This document shows positions 13,671 to 28,200 of a stretch of DNA of 64,000 nt, in pieces (within the stretch, counting starts at the first letter, position 1; each line of letters begins with the position of its first letter). The notes under the pieces were generated by a model that was not told the DNA's origin, made no database searches, and saw nothing but the letters and a program-made list of their open reading frames with translations. The translations under genes and the position numbers were made by a program. Source of the stretch: Trichoplax adhaerens (lineage: Eukaryota > Animalia > Placozoa); the NCBI RefSeq assembly GCF_000150275.1, contig NW_002060951.1, positions 1,126,297-1,190,296 on the forward strand, given 5' to 3'.

Positions 13671-16600
13671 TGATTTCCTTCATTCAGTAAAAAACCAATC
13701 AGTACGATCGAAAGACAGATGGATGTTATTCCTATAAACGAAAATCAATTGATAAGATACAGCGATCATGACGATCATTTAATGTATTAAAACTATTAAA
13801 CTACTTCGATTATCGTCAATGTGAAATGAAAAAAAAAAACAGTAGTATCCTTTATACGGTCGGCTAATATTTCCTACCGCCGGGTTAATAATTCGGTTAT
13901 CCATCAAAGACCCAGTTGTATACTGTAAACTATGAAATGTATCGCCAAAATAGCCTATGACTAAGTAATGAAGCTGAACATATACAGTGAAATGATGCAC
14001 TGATCAAAGGTCGAGTTGTGTTAGCCAATCAATCATATGGTGTTAGGTGATGGAATTGGTGACAAGGACAAGGGTAAGCTAAGTTTGCAAATACTGTAGA
14101 TAATTTATCATACTGTAAATGAGCTTTTCGTTTCACGTTAAGATGGTTTGTATAGATGACAGATGACAATACCTCTTACAACTAACTACACAAGAATGAT
14201 ATCATGAAGCACGAATGCATGATACATCAAGAAATTGCATAACGGCGACATCCAGCAATGTATTTAATTGGATAGAGCAATATGAATGACGAACTCCTAT
14301 CAGGAATATAGAGGTTTGTCCATTTTTACAGCCATGGCTGGCTGTTATCAAGGTCAAAATCAAGATAATAATATTGATTGATTGTTCAATATGGTCTGCC
14401 CTATCCAGATTGAAAACTGTGCAAGCTGATCAATAGAAATACATACAGTACAGCGATGAGCTATATAAACATGAACTTGAAGAGGGTTTGAAGACTACTG
14501 CGAGCCTTTCTTCCATCATTCTATTCCAATCGAATCTAGTAAAGTCAATTGATATAACTGCGGTGCAGTAAATTAGCGAGAGAATTTATAGTAGCAATCC
14601 TAACAACATGTAATGGATAGATTGTCATATAAAATATCCATCTATACAGTATATACTATATATATATAAATATGCAAGGGGCACCTCCCTCTTCTGTAAT
14701 TCAAGAGTATCCTTTTCAAAATAAAAGGATACAACCACTCATCCAGCACAAGTATTGATCTCGAATGAATTCCATTGATTCAACATGGTGTGTCTTATCA
14801 TTTTTATTTGTACTTACAGTATCTAATCTAGCCATTTTAACTGTTATTGATCGCTGTAGATGAAAGAGATGATCCATTTTGACTTTGGGATTGAGATGAT
14901 ATCACGGCCTATAAGCTATGCAACGAATAGCACCCTCGCGCCCATTTGCAACAGTACCCAACCTACTCTAGTGTACAGTATCGACCAGCATTCAGTCTAT
15001 ACTACAGTCTGTAGAACTACCGTAGTTTTGGCATTACAATATACTCTAGTCAGGTAAATAAGCGAAATTAGACTTGCAAACTTACCTATATTAAAAGTTA
15101 CCAATTCTCTCAATAATATCCACAAATCAATTGTCTTTGCTGCAAAATTTTCAATCTATCGCTCCTACAAGTTGTATTCAGCCAAGATAGGTGATCAAAA
15201 CCAATAATTAGAATGACTTTAGCTTCAAATGGTGGCTTTCCAAGGCGTAGTAGATTGCTTTTTTAATTAATGAGCCGAGACACTACCACTTGCAAGGTAG
15301 AGCATCGTCCATCCTGTCCCGTCCCGTCCATAATGAATTCATACTTCCTTCATACATGGCCAACACTATTGCAATTTGTATAGGATTGGAGTCTAGCGAA
15401 AGCAATAGGATGGCATACGCCTCTCGCATTGCATTATGGGAAAGACAGTATGCTATTGTAAATCAATAAGAGAGATCATACGATAATTAATTAAAAGAAA
15501 TAAAAAAATAAAAATATTTAGAATGGCTCAATCCCAAACAGTTAACTGTTTCTTGCTGTGGAATATCACGTGTTTATTGCATGCTAACTGGCTCTAAATA
15601 AAATATCAGTTGTCTGCCAGTCCTCTCCAAGTTAAACAATGTTAATCAAGTAATCCAAGACTGGCAGTATTTTACAGATACAGTACTGTACTATACGTTA
15701 TCCAATAGCTCACTGTAAATACAAAAAATAACATAGCGAAAAGAGGGACATAAAATGGCCGTTCAGTCAAAGACTTTGTGGAGACAGTGGCAAAAAATGT
15801 GCAAGCTTTTCATCTTCCTGCTCATTCTACTACACTACTCTAACCTTGATTGTCTTGTTAAACCTGCCAGCTCTTGATGTGCGCCTGGCGTAGCCAACAT
15901 AGGGTGCGCTTGCAGACATACTCTATGAAATAATTGAAATGACTAGCAAAATACTGTAGTCAAGCTGTCAATTTGAACCAAACTGAAGGCTTGTCCGATC
16001 CTACTTTTATAGTGAGTAAACACTGGTTTATATGCGTTGAGGAACGTTCTACTCAAGATGGATGTTAAACATCAATTTACAGCACTACCGTACTCGAAAG
16101 AAGAGACATACGCGTAGACTGAGTGGATACGATCATTAGCCTGCTTTACTGGCTATACTAGCGATGTAGAGCCGACATTTTTACCATTCGGTCGGTAATC
16201 GCATGGTAATCTGTATAGTTTCAACCAGGGACTTCCAAGACTAAGACGAGTCCGTGTAAGCCCCTGCTTTTAGCCATGCATTCTAACAACTTTTCATAAA
16301 TTGGCGTAGGTCTACTCTACAGTTTTGCACAACTCTACGACTGCGCTCCAAATTAGCTGCCAGGTTGATTTCGCACAGTACGATGTACAGTGACAATATC
16401 TGCTTCCAGCATTTGCATTTACTTTAATACAGTACAATAAATCTCTCGTCTTCAATTCATACTAGATCTCTGCAAAGGATGGTATTTTCGTTCCCATCCT
16501 CACTGTTTTTTTTTTTTCCTGATTTTCTTCCCCTTCCAAGTCCTGAACACTAGTTACTCTTTCCATTACTCGTATGCACTTTATACAGCAAGTAACATGA

Positions 16601-19255
16601 TCAATGACAAGGTCCCTTAGGGATCCTGCAGTTGCAATGTTGTTCTGAAGATATCAAAATCACACTGTCATACCAATAAACCCATAAAGTAGACTACTAC
16701 ATTAAGCAGTTAATATCAATAACGCTACAATAAGTTTATGAGTTCTTAAGTAAGGTAACCGCGTGAATCTGAGTTACTTTCAGCAGAGACTATTTACAAG
16801 AGAGGGAGGGAGAGCGCGCGATAGGGGATCACTAGACACAGAACCAATTTGCAAAAAAATGATACAATTTTAGTAACTTTGTAAAATGACATTTCGACAT
16901 CGTATTTATACAGTATACTAGCTATATCCAGCACGCTTCGTCGTGGAGATATTGTTAACCAGATGCACACTAGTGCACATCAGGAAGATAAACAAGTTGT
17001 TGACGATGTTTACTATACAGTATGTATAGGGTAGGGCGAACTTACGAGTTTTACTGTACAGTATGTTCTTAACTTAGTCATACAGTACACAAGGATACTG
17101 GCCCTAGATGCCTGTATTATAGAGCCATGCAGGTTAATCGAAAAACGAAAGCTGTATACTAATGCAGCTGGTTCTATTTCTTGCCAATCAATGCAAATGA
17201 TGATGAATGTACGGGTATAAAAACATTTATAGCAGTTTAAACGAATCGATCCGCAACTGAATACTCTATTACAGTCTACTGCATCTGCAATGAGTTCAGC
17301 CAATGTCAGTAGCTATGTATGTCTAAATAAAGTATGTGTTGATTTAAAATGTTGTTATCTGCGCGTTTATGAAAGTCAAGTAGGGTTGCCTATTTGGGTA
17401 ATTTAGCAAAGCTTGCAGAAGATATATTGTGCAATATTGAGCGCCTACCTACTCCTTCTATTCATAGCAATTATTCGATTTTACTTGAATACACTGTCAT
17501 GCATTTCTTCTTCTAGTCCATATGATAAACTAGTGCAGCAATCGCTCGCGATAGGGATAATTAATAACATCACTATCATGAAAAGGTCGAAGAATTGATA
17601 TAAATCCAAAGCATAATAGACTACCTTCAAATTAGCTCACGAGATTTACTTCATCTAGTGATCTATACGCAGAACTGAGAATTTATTATTTGTACAGTAT
17701 TCTGAATGAGTTACTCGACTTGAGATATATTCAATTATCCTTCATCCATTACTCAATGATATCTATACCCGAAGTCACCAAGTAATCACCTATCAGTAAT
17801 CAATTATAAACTAGCCATTCCTGTTACTCATTTACTGTCATGGCAGCGCTAAAATTTCAATTCTAGAACTCATTATATTATGAATCGCGGGAAACGCGTA
17901 CCTTAATTTTTCCAGTATTTCACCTACATGATCGTTACTAGCTAAATTCATAGTGCTCACCTCAGTTATTATTATCTACCTAGCGCATCCAATCGTCCAT
18001 TTATAATAACTACTTACCAACTGTCCGTATATACGAGTATATAAATACGATACAAATAAGTGCATCACAAATCTTTGAAAGTAATACGGCCAAAACTGCA
18101 AGCACGAAACGATCAATTAATTTAAAGACGTATTATAGGACCAATTAAGAGTGAATTGATTCATTATTCTAAAATTTTCGTTCTTCAGTTTTATCGAATG
18201 ATCAAAGCAAATATAGGTCATAATAATCAGACCCTCCTTTTAATAGCCTATCCACTAATTAGTAAAATTATAAAATATTACTTTGAGTAATTGCAGAATA
18301 GTTGTAAGCTAGGGCTCAATTATATTGTAAGTAACGGCTCTAATATTGCAGTAACTGTTCGTATTTGCCGAGATTCAATATGAATTCAATCATAAACAAA
18401 CAGTAGCCAAGTCTAGTCATGGTTTATGCAATAGTGAAATCGCCATCTAATTTAGTCATTTAAAAAGGTGGAGATTATCTATAGATCGTTCAGCTTCTAT
18501 CTGTCCTATCCAAGTAGTACAGTAATAAGGCCATTGAGTATGATAATTGGATATCTAATATCTCCTAATTCAGTTAAAATGCGGTACCAGGCACAATTTT
18601 AAGTAAATTTATAAGCGCAATTTTACTTCACTATCAAAAAGTCTACACTGATTGTTCAGTATTTATCGGTCCTATTGCACCCAGATAACTATCAAATAAA
18701 CCCATTATACACTCCTTTTAACATAAAGTAACTATTCTTGTTCCAAATGATTTATTATAAAATATACATGTAGCGTTTACATACATTGATTGATATCTTA
18801 TACGACAAGTATTATCGTAGGTATACATCAATGTCGGTTAAGTCAAGCATATTAAGTAACATATTCTTAATTCAAGTTTACAGATACCTCTGGTGCATAA
18901 TACAAATCACACTTGTCATGTTTTATCCTATTTCTTGACTGAGTCTTTACCGAACTGTCATCACTTAGGTACGAATAAATAAACAGATTAAGTATTGAAT
19001 TTGATCTATGCGATTATCAAATTCTGAATCTAAATCAACTTCAAGAGGCATAAAATGATAACTTTTTAGTTCCAAATGAAATCACTCATCGGTAAATCAT
19101 ATATTGTCGTGAGATATAAATAGTAATTATAATGCTTTTTATCGACTTATAATCAATAATTTATACATTGATAATTTATCATTGAACAGTCCACTGTAAT
19201 TCAAGATCAGATATATGTTTCGTAAATATCATTTGTTATACTTTTTTTAGTGATA

Positions 19256-22200
19256 TTAAAATTCAAAATTCCGAGGTGATAGTTGCGGAGATATTGGTGA
19301 TCTATTTAGTGAGGCTTGTAAATTAGGTAAGGAAACGCTGTCTTGAGCGAATCCGAATAAACTCCTACTGGCTTCTTTCTGACGCATGTTAGGAGTCATG
19401 GGTACATTACGAGGTAGAAAAAATTCTTCCATATCCTTATAAAGATAAATTAAGAAGGAGTAAACAATGTTAAAAGTTGAAATTAACAAAGATTATATTA
19501 TAGTATTCCTAACACTAGAAGACGCTCAGTGTTAAGTACTCTCCAATTAAATCACAAAACAGCTACGAAGATGTGCTACCCGTTGAAAATAAACAATGAT
19601 ACTAGAAAAAAATGTATTTACACGATACGTTTTCCGGTTTGGCTATTGAGGTATAATCTATAACTATAGTAGTTAATTTAACTCTCTTCAGATACATACA
19701 TCTTAGTCAAAAAGTATCTGGACTATAAGGCAGATTAACAAGACATAACTGCAGTAAAATTACATTACTGTGTGATCATAACAAAACATAGGCAAATAAC
19801 TGATTCCGTGGACACAGATAGAGCACCTAGAGACAGATTACACTAGCATATCAACATATCTAGCGACCACAATCTACTGTATAATACTGTTAGCGAACGC
19901 CATGAAAAATAAAGTATACTCTGAGTTAGGGTTCAGACTGCTACCAATTTAAATACATACCGGTGTTTTAATAACTTGAAATGGAGAGCAAGTCTTGCCA
20001 AAACGAACAGTTCGATTAATATCTATTTCACCCATATCTTGACGTCGACGACGGCGGCTTTCCATTCGACGTTGATATTGTTTTGAATATTGATCGCCAA
20101 GAACAGACTTCAAATGAAATTAGAAAATTGTTATTTACCCATACACTATGATAAAAACTACGATAGCAATACAAATGCAGTAAGCTGATTAGATACCCTA
20201 CTTGCGCCTATTGCTTAATTAGGAATGCAAGTAAAAATTGCAAGCTAAAATCATTTTCTTACCCTGGCAGAATCTATTTTAGGTATATGTTGTATTAATT
20301 CTTCAACCTCTTCATCATTATTCTTATTAATGGTATCATTGGCATTGTTTGTATATTTATCAAGACTATATATACTAGCATCCTTTAAATTCATAGAACT
20401 TCTGCTGCTACCTATCATTTGCAATTTAAATTGAAAAGTCACGATTAACCAGGGTAGATTATATTAAGAGATTATAATATAGGTATGATTTTTTTAATAT
20501 TTTGCATCTGCTAAATTTTATTAATGCCTTACTTAAAAGCTGTGAATCAGAAGCAGTCCATGGAGTTCTACAAGTTAGAATAAAAAAGAATTATTTATGA
20601 TCGATCTTAGCTTACCTTTCGATATTTAAGAATTCAGATAAGAGTAAAAGTAATGCTGTATCTAATTACATTAACATAAAATCAGCCGTAGTAAATTAAC
20701 GCCAATTAATATTCAATTTAAAATGAAACAAGAATTTTTACATTAATTTTAGCTTATTTTTAGCTACTTATTTACGGATCGAAGAGTAAAAATAAGAGTC
20801 ATTCCCCATTTATAATGAAATGATCAATATAGATACCAGTATAATTGCGTGCATACTAGTAACTCATGAAGAGCGATATCATTACTACAGATATACAATA
20901 GATTATGTATAGTTAGATGAACCAAAATTACTGTTGTAAAGTGAAATTTTATAAGAAATTGTAGTTACTGCTGTAATATTTAGAAGACACCTTATCACAA
21001 CTATACCGTATATTTTCTACTGTAATGAAATGTCATTGTACTCTCAAGAATCAATAACTTAAAAATTGCTGCTACGAAACATTGAGTATTACTTTCATTT
21101 TTATCCGTTTATTTTGATTATAACTTACTTAGGATGTTGGTAAGTCGAAGGGTCCTTTAAATCCCACTTAATCGCTTGACCAAATGTCCCAACGTAATGC
21201 CCGCCAGCAGTCCAAACTCTTGCTGTTTGATCAACTGATGCCGTCAATAAGAAATCGTTTGCTGTATGGCGAATATATTGGATACTAACTACAGCAAGAT
21301 CATGTGCTTTCCACCGAATTAATAATGGGGGTTCATCCTCCTGTAGTTTGATTAGAAGTGTTAATGACTACGATACATAAAAATGAATTGACATACATTA
21401 CCACATTACTTATGTACAATTTATGATAAATAGAATATAACAAGGAATTAATTAAAACGGTCATATAGGTATAATAAGGCATCTATGTCTATGTCACTTC
21501 CTGCAACTAAGCCCAAGGCTTGAATAATAAGGACTTCATAGGAATGACTATATTTTTATTCGCTAAACTAAACTATGTACTTACCACGATAAACTAATAA
21601 AGCATGAAGTTAATTTTGTATTATTTATACTCTATCGATACTTTACTCATACTTTACTAAAATATTTCTGTGATGCAATAATAAACTTAAAGTGTTTTAT
21701 TTTCTTATTTTTTTCATCATTAGCCAAAAAATGTGAAATGTAGTGTAACCATTTAAAAAGTAAGTAGTTATGCATCCTAATCAACAAACTATCGAATAGC
21801 TTGATCTTCAACAGACCCAAAGCTTTAGTTACGAGTGATGACTCGTTAGCTTTAAACTTTTCATAGTGTAGTAGGCCATAGCTTACCGAAAGAATATCAG
21901 GCAGACAGAAACTTGTGATATCCCAAATACTAACATTACCACCACTATCGCTTACGGCCAAGATCTCGTCGTAGGAATCGACATGGATACTTAAGATAGT
22001 ATCTCCGCGTTCTTGCGTTGCTCTAAAACTAGCCAGACCTCGACTATCCGAAGATAAGATATTCCAGAAGTAGATTTTATTATATTGGCTAGATATGAGA
22101 TGACCACAGTCAGGGTTTCGAATATGAATTCGAGATTTTAAAAATGCCAAATTCTCTACCGCATGGCGCCTGAAAACAGTTAAGATAATGACGAAAAATG

Positions 22201-25200
22201 TTTCATACTATAGCTTAAATTTACAAAATCTATCTATTTAAATTATTTAATCTTTAATGAACAAAACAAGTAGTCATCCATACTCTAAACAACAGTTGGA
22301 ATATTAGTGAAAAATATTCGTGTTATATTACATCTTTAATTTATAAAATTCGTATGTCCATTTTTTAGCACTTAAGATGACTAATATCTCTATACCATAT
22401 CTATTTTCGGCTTTGGCACTTATTCAAAAAACTAGAGGTACTATTTGTAAAATATACATTGCTACAGCCTCACTGCTAACAGTCAGTAGACTTTATGATC
22501 TACTACGATTATGTAATAAGTAGGAATGTAATCAATACTTTTTTAGCTAATTTCATATAACGCCGAGATTAATCCCAATAATTACTGTAAGAAATCAAAA
22601 ATTTCATCTATAGCAGTAACGCTTGTAGTAACTATTTTACAATACCCTATCTATCCAAAATATAATCGATCTCTAGCTTACCCTGGTCCATGTCGACTGT
22701 CAGTATATCCAGAGTTGCTTTTACTTGATCTATATCGAGAGTATGAGAAAGAGCGATCGATTTCGGTTATTAATTAAAATATAATTAGCGGCTGTAATAA
22801 GAAGCAGCTTGATTTATTTACTGAGAAGGTATCATCCTATCGTTACCTTCTACTACTTTTGGATGGCTTTCTTAAACGACGGAAAACACTTTCCGTATCG
22901 GCTAGCCAAATCACAATTTCCCCATCAAAACTACCAGTGGCTACATAATGTGGAGGACAGTAGTCAATACTAAGAATATCCTCCTGGGTTAAGGATTGGA
23001 AAGGAAGGCAAAGGATTAGCGAAAAATCTTCAAAATTTAACTGATATATCCAGTATAGATTCATGTCAGATTCATAAATAACCTTTTATAATATCATACA
23101 GTGTGATAGAAATTGATTGGCTTCTTATAACCGCTAGCGTAATATACATCGTGCTATATTCAAATTCAATAAAACTAACATTATCATCCATCAATTATTG
23201 TTACCTTGTGTAGTTGGCCTCCTTTCCATTCCATTTGAGGATCAAGATGAAAACTCTAATTTAAATTACATAAAAAGTAAAAATGATTAGAAACATAAAT
23301 TATGCAATTTTACGTTTCCTTTCAACCAAAATTGCTCAAAGTATTACACTAATGCAAAATCTCTTTAGTGCACTATGATTATACTTTAAATTGAATACTT
23401 AAATTCTGTTCTTAACTAAAATCAAATAAATATGATATTACTGAAACATCTTTTAAATACTTTATAGTATATTTAGAAACTAAACTGCGTATTAAAATAT
23501 ATTATATCTTAGATCTAATATGGCATTGCCGTTTAATCTTTCGCGAATACTGCAATCATAGCTTAAATCATGGACTACTAAAAAAGGCTGACATTTTTTT
23601 AGTAGTCCATACTTAAATGTACTCTTCGTTTAGATTTTAACATCATATGAACTTACTGTAAGATCCTTCTCATACACTACAATCTTTTTACTCCATCCAA
23701 CTGAAATGAAGCAGTTGTGTTCCGGGGCATCGACCACTCCGGTAATTTCGTCAGAGGTTGCTGGTTCTAATCTATGAAGGCAATGGCCATTGGTAAAATT
23801 CCAAACCTACATTAAGAAAAGGATTTTATTAACATAGTGAAAAATTTTACATAAGCGAATTACATCAATTTTAATAGAATATATTTATATTATCCATTGA
23901 TGGCATAACAGAAGGACCAAATATAAATTTACCGTTATACTTCCGTTGCGACTGGCGTTCAATAATCGCTTTTCATCAGCATCAAATCTCATATAAGCAA
24001 GTTCTTCTTGATCATGAGCAGTTGAAAACTGGATTATCCTTTGGCCACCCTCAAAATCCCAGACTGATACTAGTGAATTAGTACAGCCAACAACAACCTA
24101 CAACAGATGGATAAAATATAGCATTTCGTTAACGAGATGTACAGGAGATGTGTTCATGGTATCATGTTATACATTTTTAAATCGTATGCTTAAGATTGCT
24201 ATCGCATCATTTTAATTTAAGTTACAATGATAGAATATTTTACAGCAATATCGAAATTCGAAATCAAGAGATAGTTTTATAAATTATGGTATCACCTGAT
24301 TAAGTCTCTTATTATACAGCGCACTGCGCAACGGTCTGGAATGAGTAACTACATTTCGATGCCTGGTACCAATTTGATGAGAACTTTGCATCTTCATTTC
24401 CGCAATAACATCACTACAGGTAATTAACAAAGTATTTAATGGAGATGCTTGCAGTAAGAAAACATGGGAGAAATGATCGGGTAGCCTAGCGTCCAATGGA
24501 AACTTCAGGTTGATAGAGTGTAGGCAATAGTGCTCTTTAATACACCAAATCCTTATTGACTACAAAAAGAAGAAGAAATATCAATGTAGCTAAAATATTT
24601 ATAGTAAATACCACATATTCCTCATTTCTATCGAATAAATGAAAGAATAAAAAATTAAACGATAACAAAATACTAAATCCACCTTAATTTCTAAAAGACT
24701 ACTATCTGATAAATTAACATGTGACTATATTAGATTTAGATTTAGATTTAAAATTGTATATTAAGCTAAGATAGGACTTTTTAGTTGAATATTTAATAAA
24801 AATTAGGCGATTAAACGATAATATAAAGGCTATAACATTTTAACAATTTCCTCTGGGCTAACATTTATTTACCACGTAGAATATATGAGAGATTTTTGTG
24901 AGTATTAGAAAAAGTCATGATGATTTCTTCAAAATAAATTCTATTACATTTACAAAATTGCAGCGATATAAAAATTATGATTCATGTACTAATTCCGTCA
25001 GATATAACAGATTAGTTTTGTTATTGTTACCGAATGAACTAGGAAAACTCATTCTAATAGCCGTAATTTCTATCCGAAGTATTCATAATTAGTGGTCTGC
25101 AGTAATTACTGAGATTATTTCAGTTGGTGGATAGAACATGAAGACTGCACTATGCCTTAGCAATTATTGATGAAATGATAATAGAAAATAATTCGATTGC

Positions 25201-28200
25201 GTTCAAAGAGCATACGTATTTAATTATAGTAATCGAGATTATGCATCTATTATACTATATATATATATATCAATTAAGTTATCATTATATAGGTCTCTTT
25301 CAACATCTCGGTAAAGGCACTAGTATTGATCAACTTTCATTGTGTAACTCCGATCTAAATACCAGCTGATATATAGCATGACGTTACTTTTAAATCTACG
25401 CATTAAGAAATTCTGATAGAATTTTTACCTCTTCCTTTGCGAAACTAAGGACCAGTCCTTGATCTTCATAGATTACTACATCAATAACTGCCAATTGATG
25501 CCCTTTCATGACCGCTACGGGCTTATTTGTCACATATGGATTCCATAAGCGCACTGCATCTGAACTTCCTGTAGCAATAATGTTCCATAAGAGGCTAACA
25601 TCGAAGCAATCGATTCCCTAAAAAAAGATCCAGAATTACCTTACCGTGAAAAGATAGATATAGTCTACTTCAAAGCAATTTTAAGAAAACCCGCTTCTCT
25701 TCCAATAAAATGATTAGTCCATTTATCAAGCAAAGAAAAGATTTATAGCTTACTAGCAAATGAGCAACATGTGCAGGTATAAGTCATTACCATTCATTAT
25801 ATTACATATTACATATTGGATTAGATATCTGGATGTACTAACTCTATCAATTGTAAGCTAGTTAGCTTCTTACACATAACTAGAAGGAATAACTCCTTAA
25901 AATCATTCGCTACTATCACTTTTAATAACAAATTGTTCAATCTACTACGCCATGAAACTAATAACCGAATTATGCTATACTAAGGAAACTGAAGCTTTAA
26001 AAGGTAAGCTAAACGATCAATACTATGCCATTTATTTAATTCCAATCCATTACAAGTCATTTAATTCGCCAATAAGTAATAAAACCAATGATGCAATAGC
26101 GAGTAAACTGGGAGTTCAGATCATTAGACAATTATCAAATATTGTAATCTCTTGTTAATATTTCTTTCGATCATAATGTTCTGAACTTGCTAACGCATAC
26201 TATAATTTATAAAACTGATCGTACTATATCAAGAAAATTAGACTTTCCAAACAGGAAATTAATAGCAGATTAATTTTTAAATAGTTTCAGTTAAATAGCT
26301 GATAAACAAGTGGAGTTAATATGATTCTTTAATGCATTTCAATTTCCTTCAAATATGGCTTACTTTTGTAACTCGGAATGTATAAGGTTTTTTCTTCTTA
26401 TCAATATCTCGAACAACTAGGGAATCTTTACCATTGCTAGAACAGGAAATTATACTGGAATGTGTTGGCAGATATTTAATTCTCCTAACCCAATCTTTAT
26501 GCATATCTGTTAGAACTTGCATTTGAACAAATTCGGACTGATGATCCAGATCCTGCATAATTTTGAAAGAAAGCATCCATTGAATTATATTAATCTATCA
26601 CTTATTCCTATCAGTAGAACAACTCAAGTATCTGTGATGAATTTCCACCTAGTCAAGCATAATTTTTACGCTCTTTTAAAGGTCGAAACCTAAGACTAGC
26701 ATGTTATTAATGCTACCTTGGCAAATATTTGATATGTTCGATCTCGTCTTATTTTTGCAGGATCATCAAAAAGTGCAACATGAGGCTTATTAAAGTATAA
26801 AAATGTCACATTTCCGATATCATCACCATAGATTAAAAGAGATCTTGTATCAAATACCTGCAACATAACCCAAAATGACGATTACTAACATCTAATGATA
26901 TCCTAATCCTCATGAATAGAATTAAATGAGATTCTATAATAATAAGATTCCTTTTGGATAATATTACTTACTAAGGGATCAAACCAATAATCGAGGCATA
27001 ATGGGACAGATGGTAAATCTAGTGTATATTTACAGAAATAGTACGGTACGATCAGAATTGTTTCTTCATATAAAGTTTACAAATGAGAAAATTGACTTAT
27101 GAATATTATAGACTATTTTTAGTGCAATTCAAAATAGGACCATCATATATAGGCATATATCCAATACTAAATCCAATAAATAGAATCTAGACTAGCGTTA
27201 TAACAAAAACACTTCTTAACTAAAGCAGCCATGACGCATAGACATGGTAATTCTGTAACTTACCGAATAAATGAAATTGCTTCATTAACGTTGTTGTCGT
27301 GGTGTCTAAAAAGTACAAGTCCCGACTTGTCGTCGATATAGCTAATTTATTAATATTTTTCATGTAGACGGCATCGGTAACCCACAAATTTAATTTCTTT
27401 TTTGCTTCTTCATTACTAGTGGGTGATAGCTGAAGACACTGAACTAATTCTAAATCAACTCCCCATACACCAATCGTTCCATCCTAGATAGAAATGACGT
27501 ATTAGTTAAGATTATCATCTAAATAACTGGCAACTTAAAAATACTAGCGCTAAAATAATAACTATTAGTTGCAATCTCTCTGGTAATTGAAAAATTATAA
27601 GGAATTATTTAAAATCATCTAGCAAAATACTAACCTTTGATACGGTTGCATATCGATTGGAATTTGAAATATACAATATTCTAATGATAACCTCCTATAA
27701 GTTAAAAATATTTGCAGTTCATAATATAGTTAGCAATAAAGACTGGCATAAGTTGTAAAAGTATCAATAACGAGATATCGATTAACATATAATTTATTTT
27801 TCTGAGATATAAATTATTGGTACTATTTGTCAAAGGGGTTAAATCTATCAATATCTTATGAATAACGTAAACTGTTAGACAGTATCTTTTATACTTATCA
27901 TTAAATTTCGTTTTTGAGTACCGTATATCAAGTTGTTGATAATCAAGTACCTTATTCATACGAGGATCCGAAAAAAATTTGGGCTTGCCAATAAATGGAG
28001 TTTCTCTGTTATGTTTTTCATAATCAAGCTCCTGATATTGTAATAAAGTATATGTACAAAAATCTTCCCAGTCGACTAGGCCATCACATGTAACATCGAC
28101 CTAAGTAAAGACAGTGCCAATAAAAATCTTGAATACCATTTATTTCGTATATTGACATAGTATAATCTTTAGATTAAATTAAACACATTATTTTATAGGT

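Noticed and set aside
13846-14716. U12-type donor-like GTATCCTT sequences
   Set aside because: They are not at any identifiable exon boundary.
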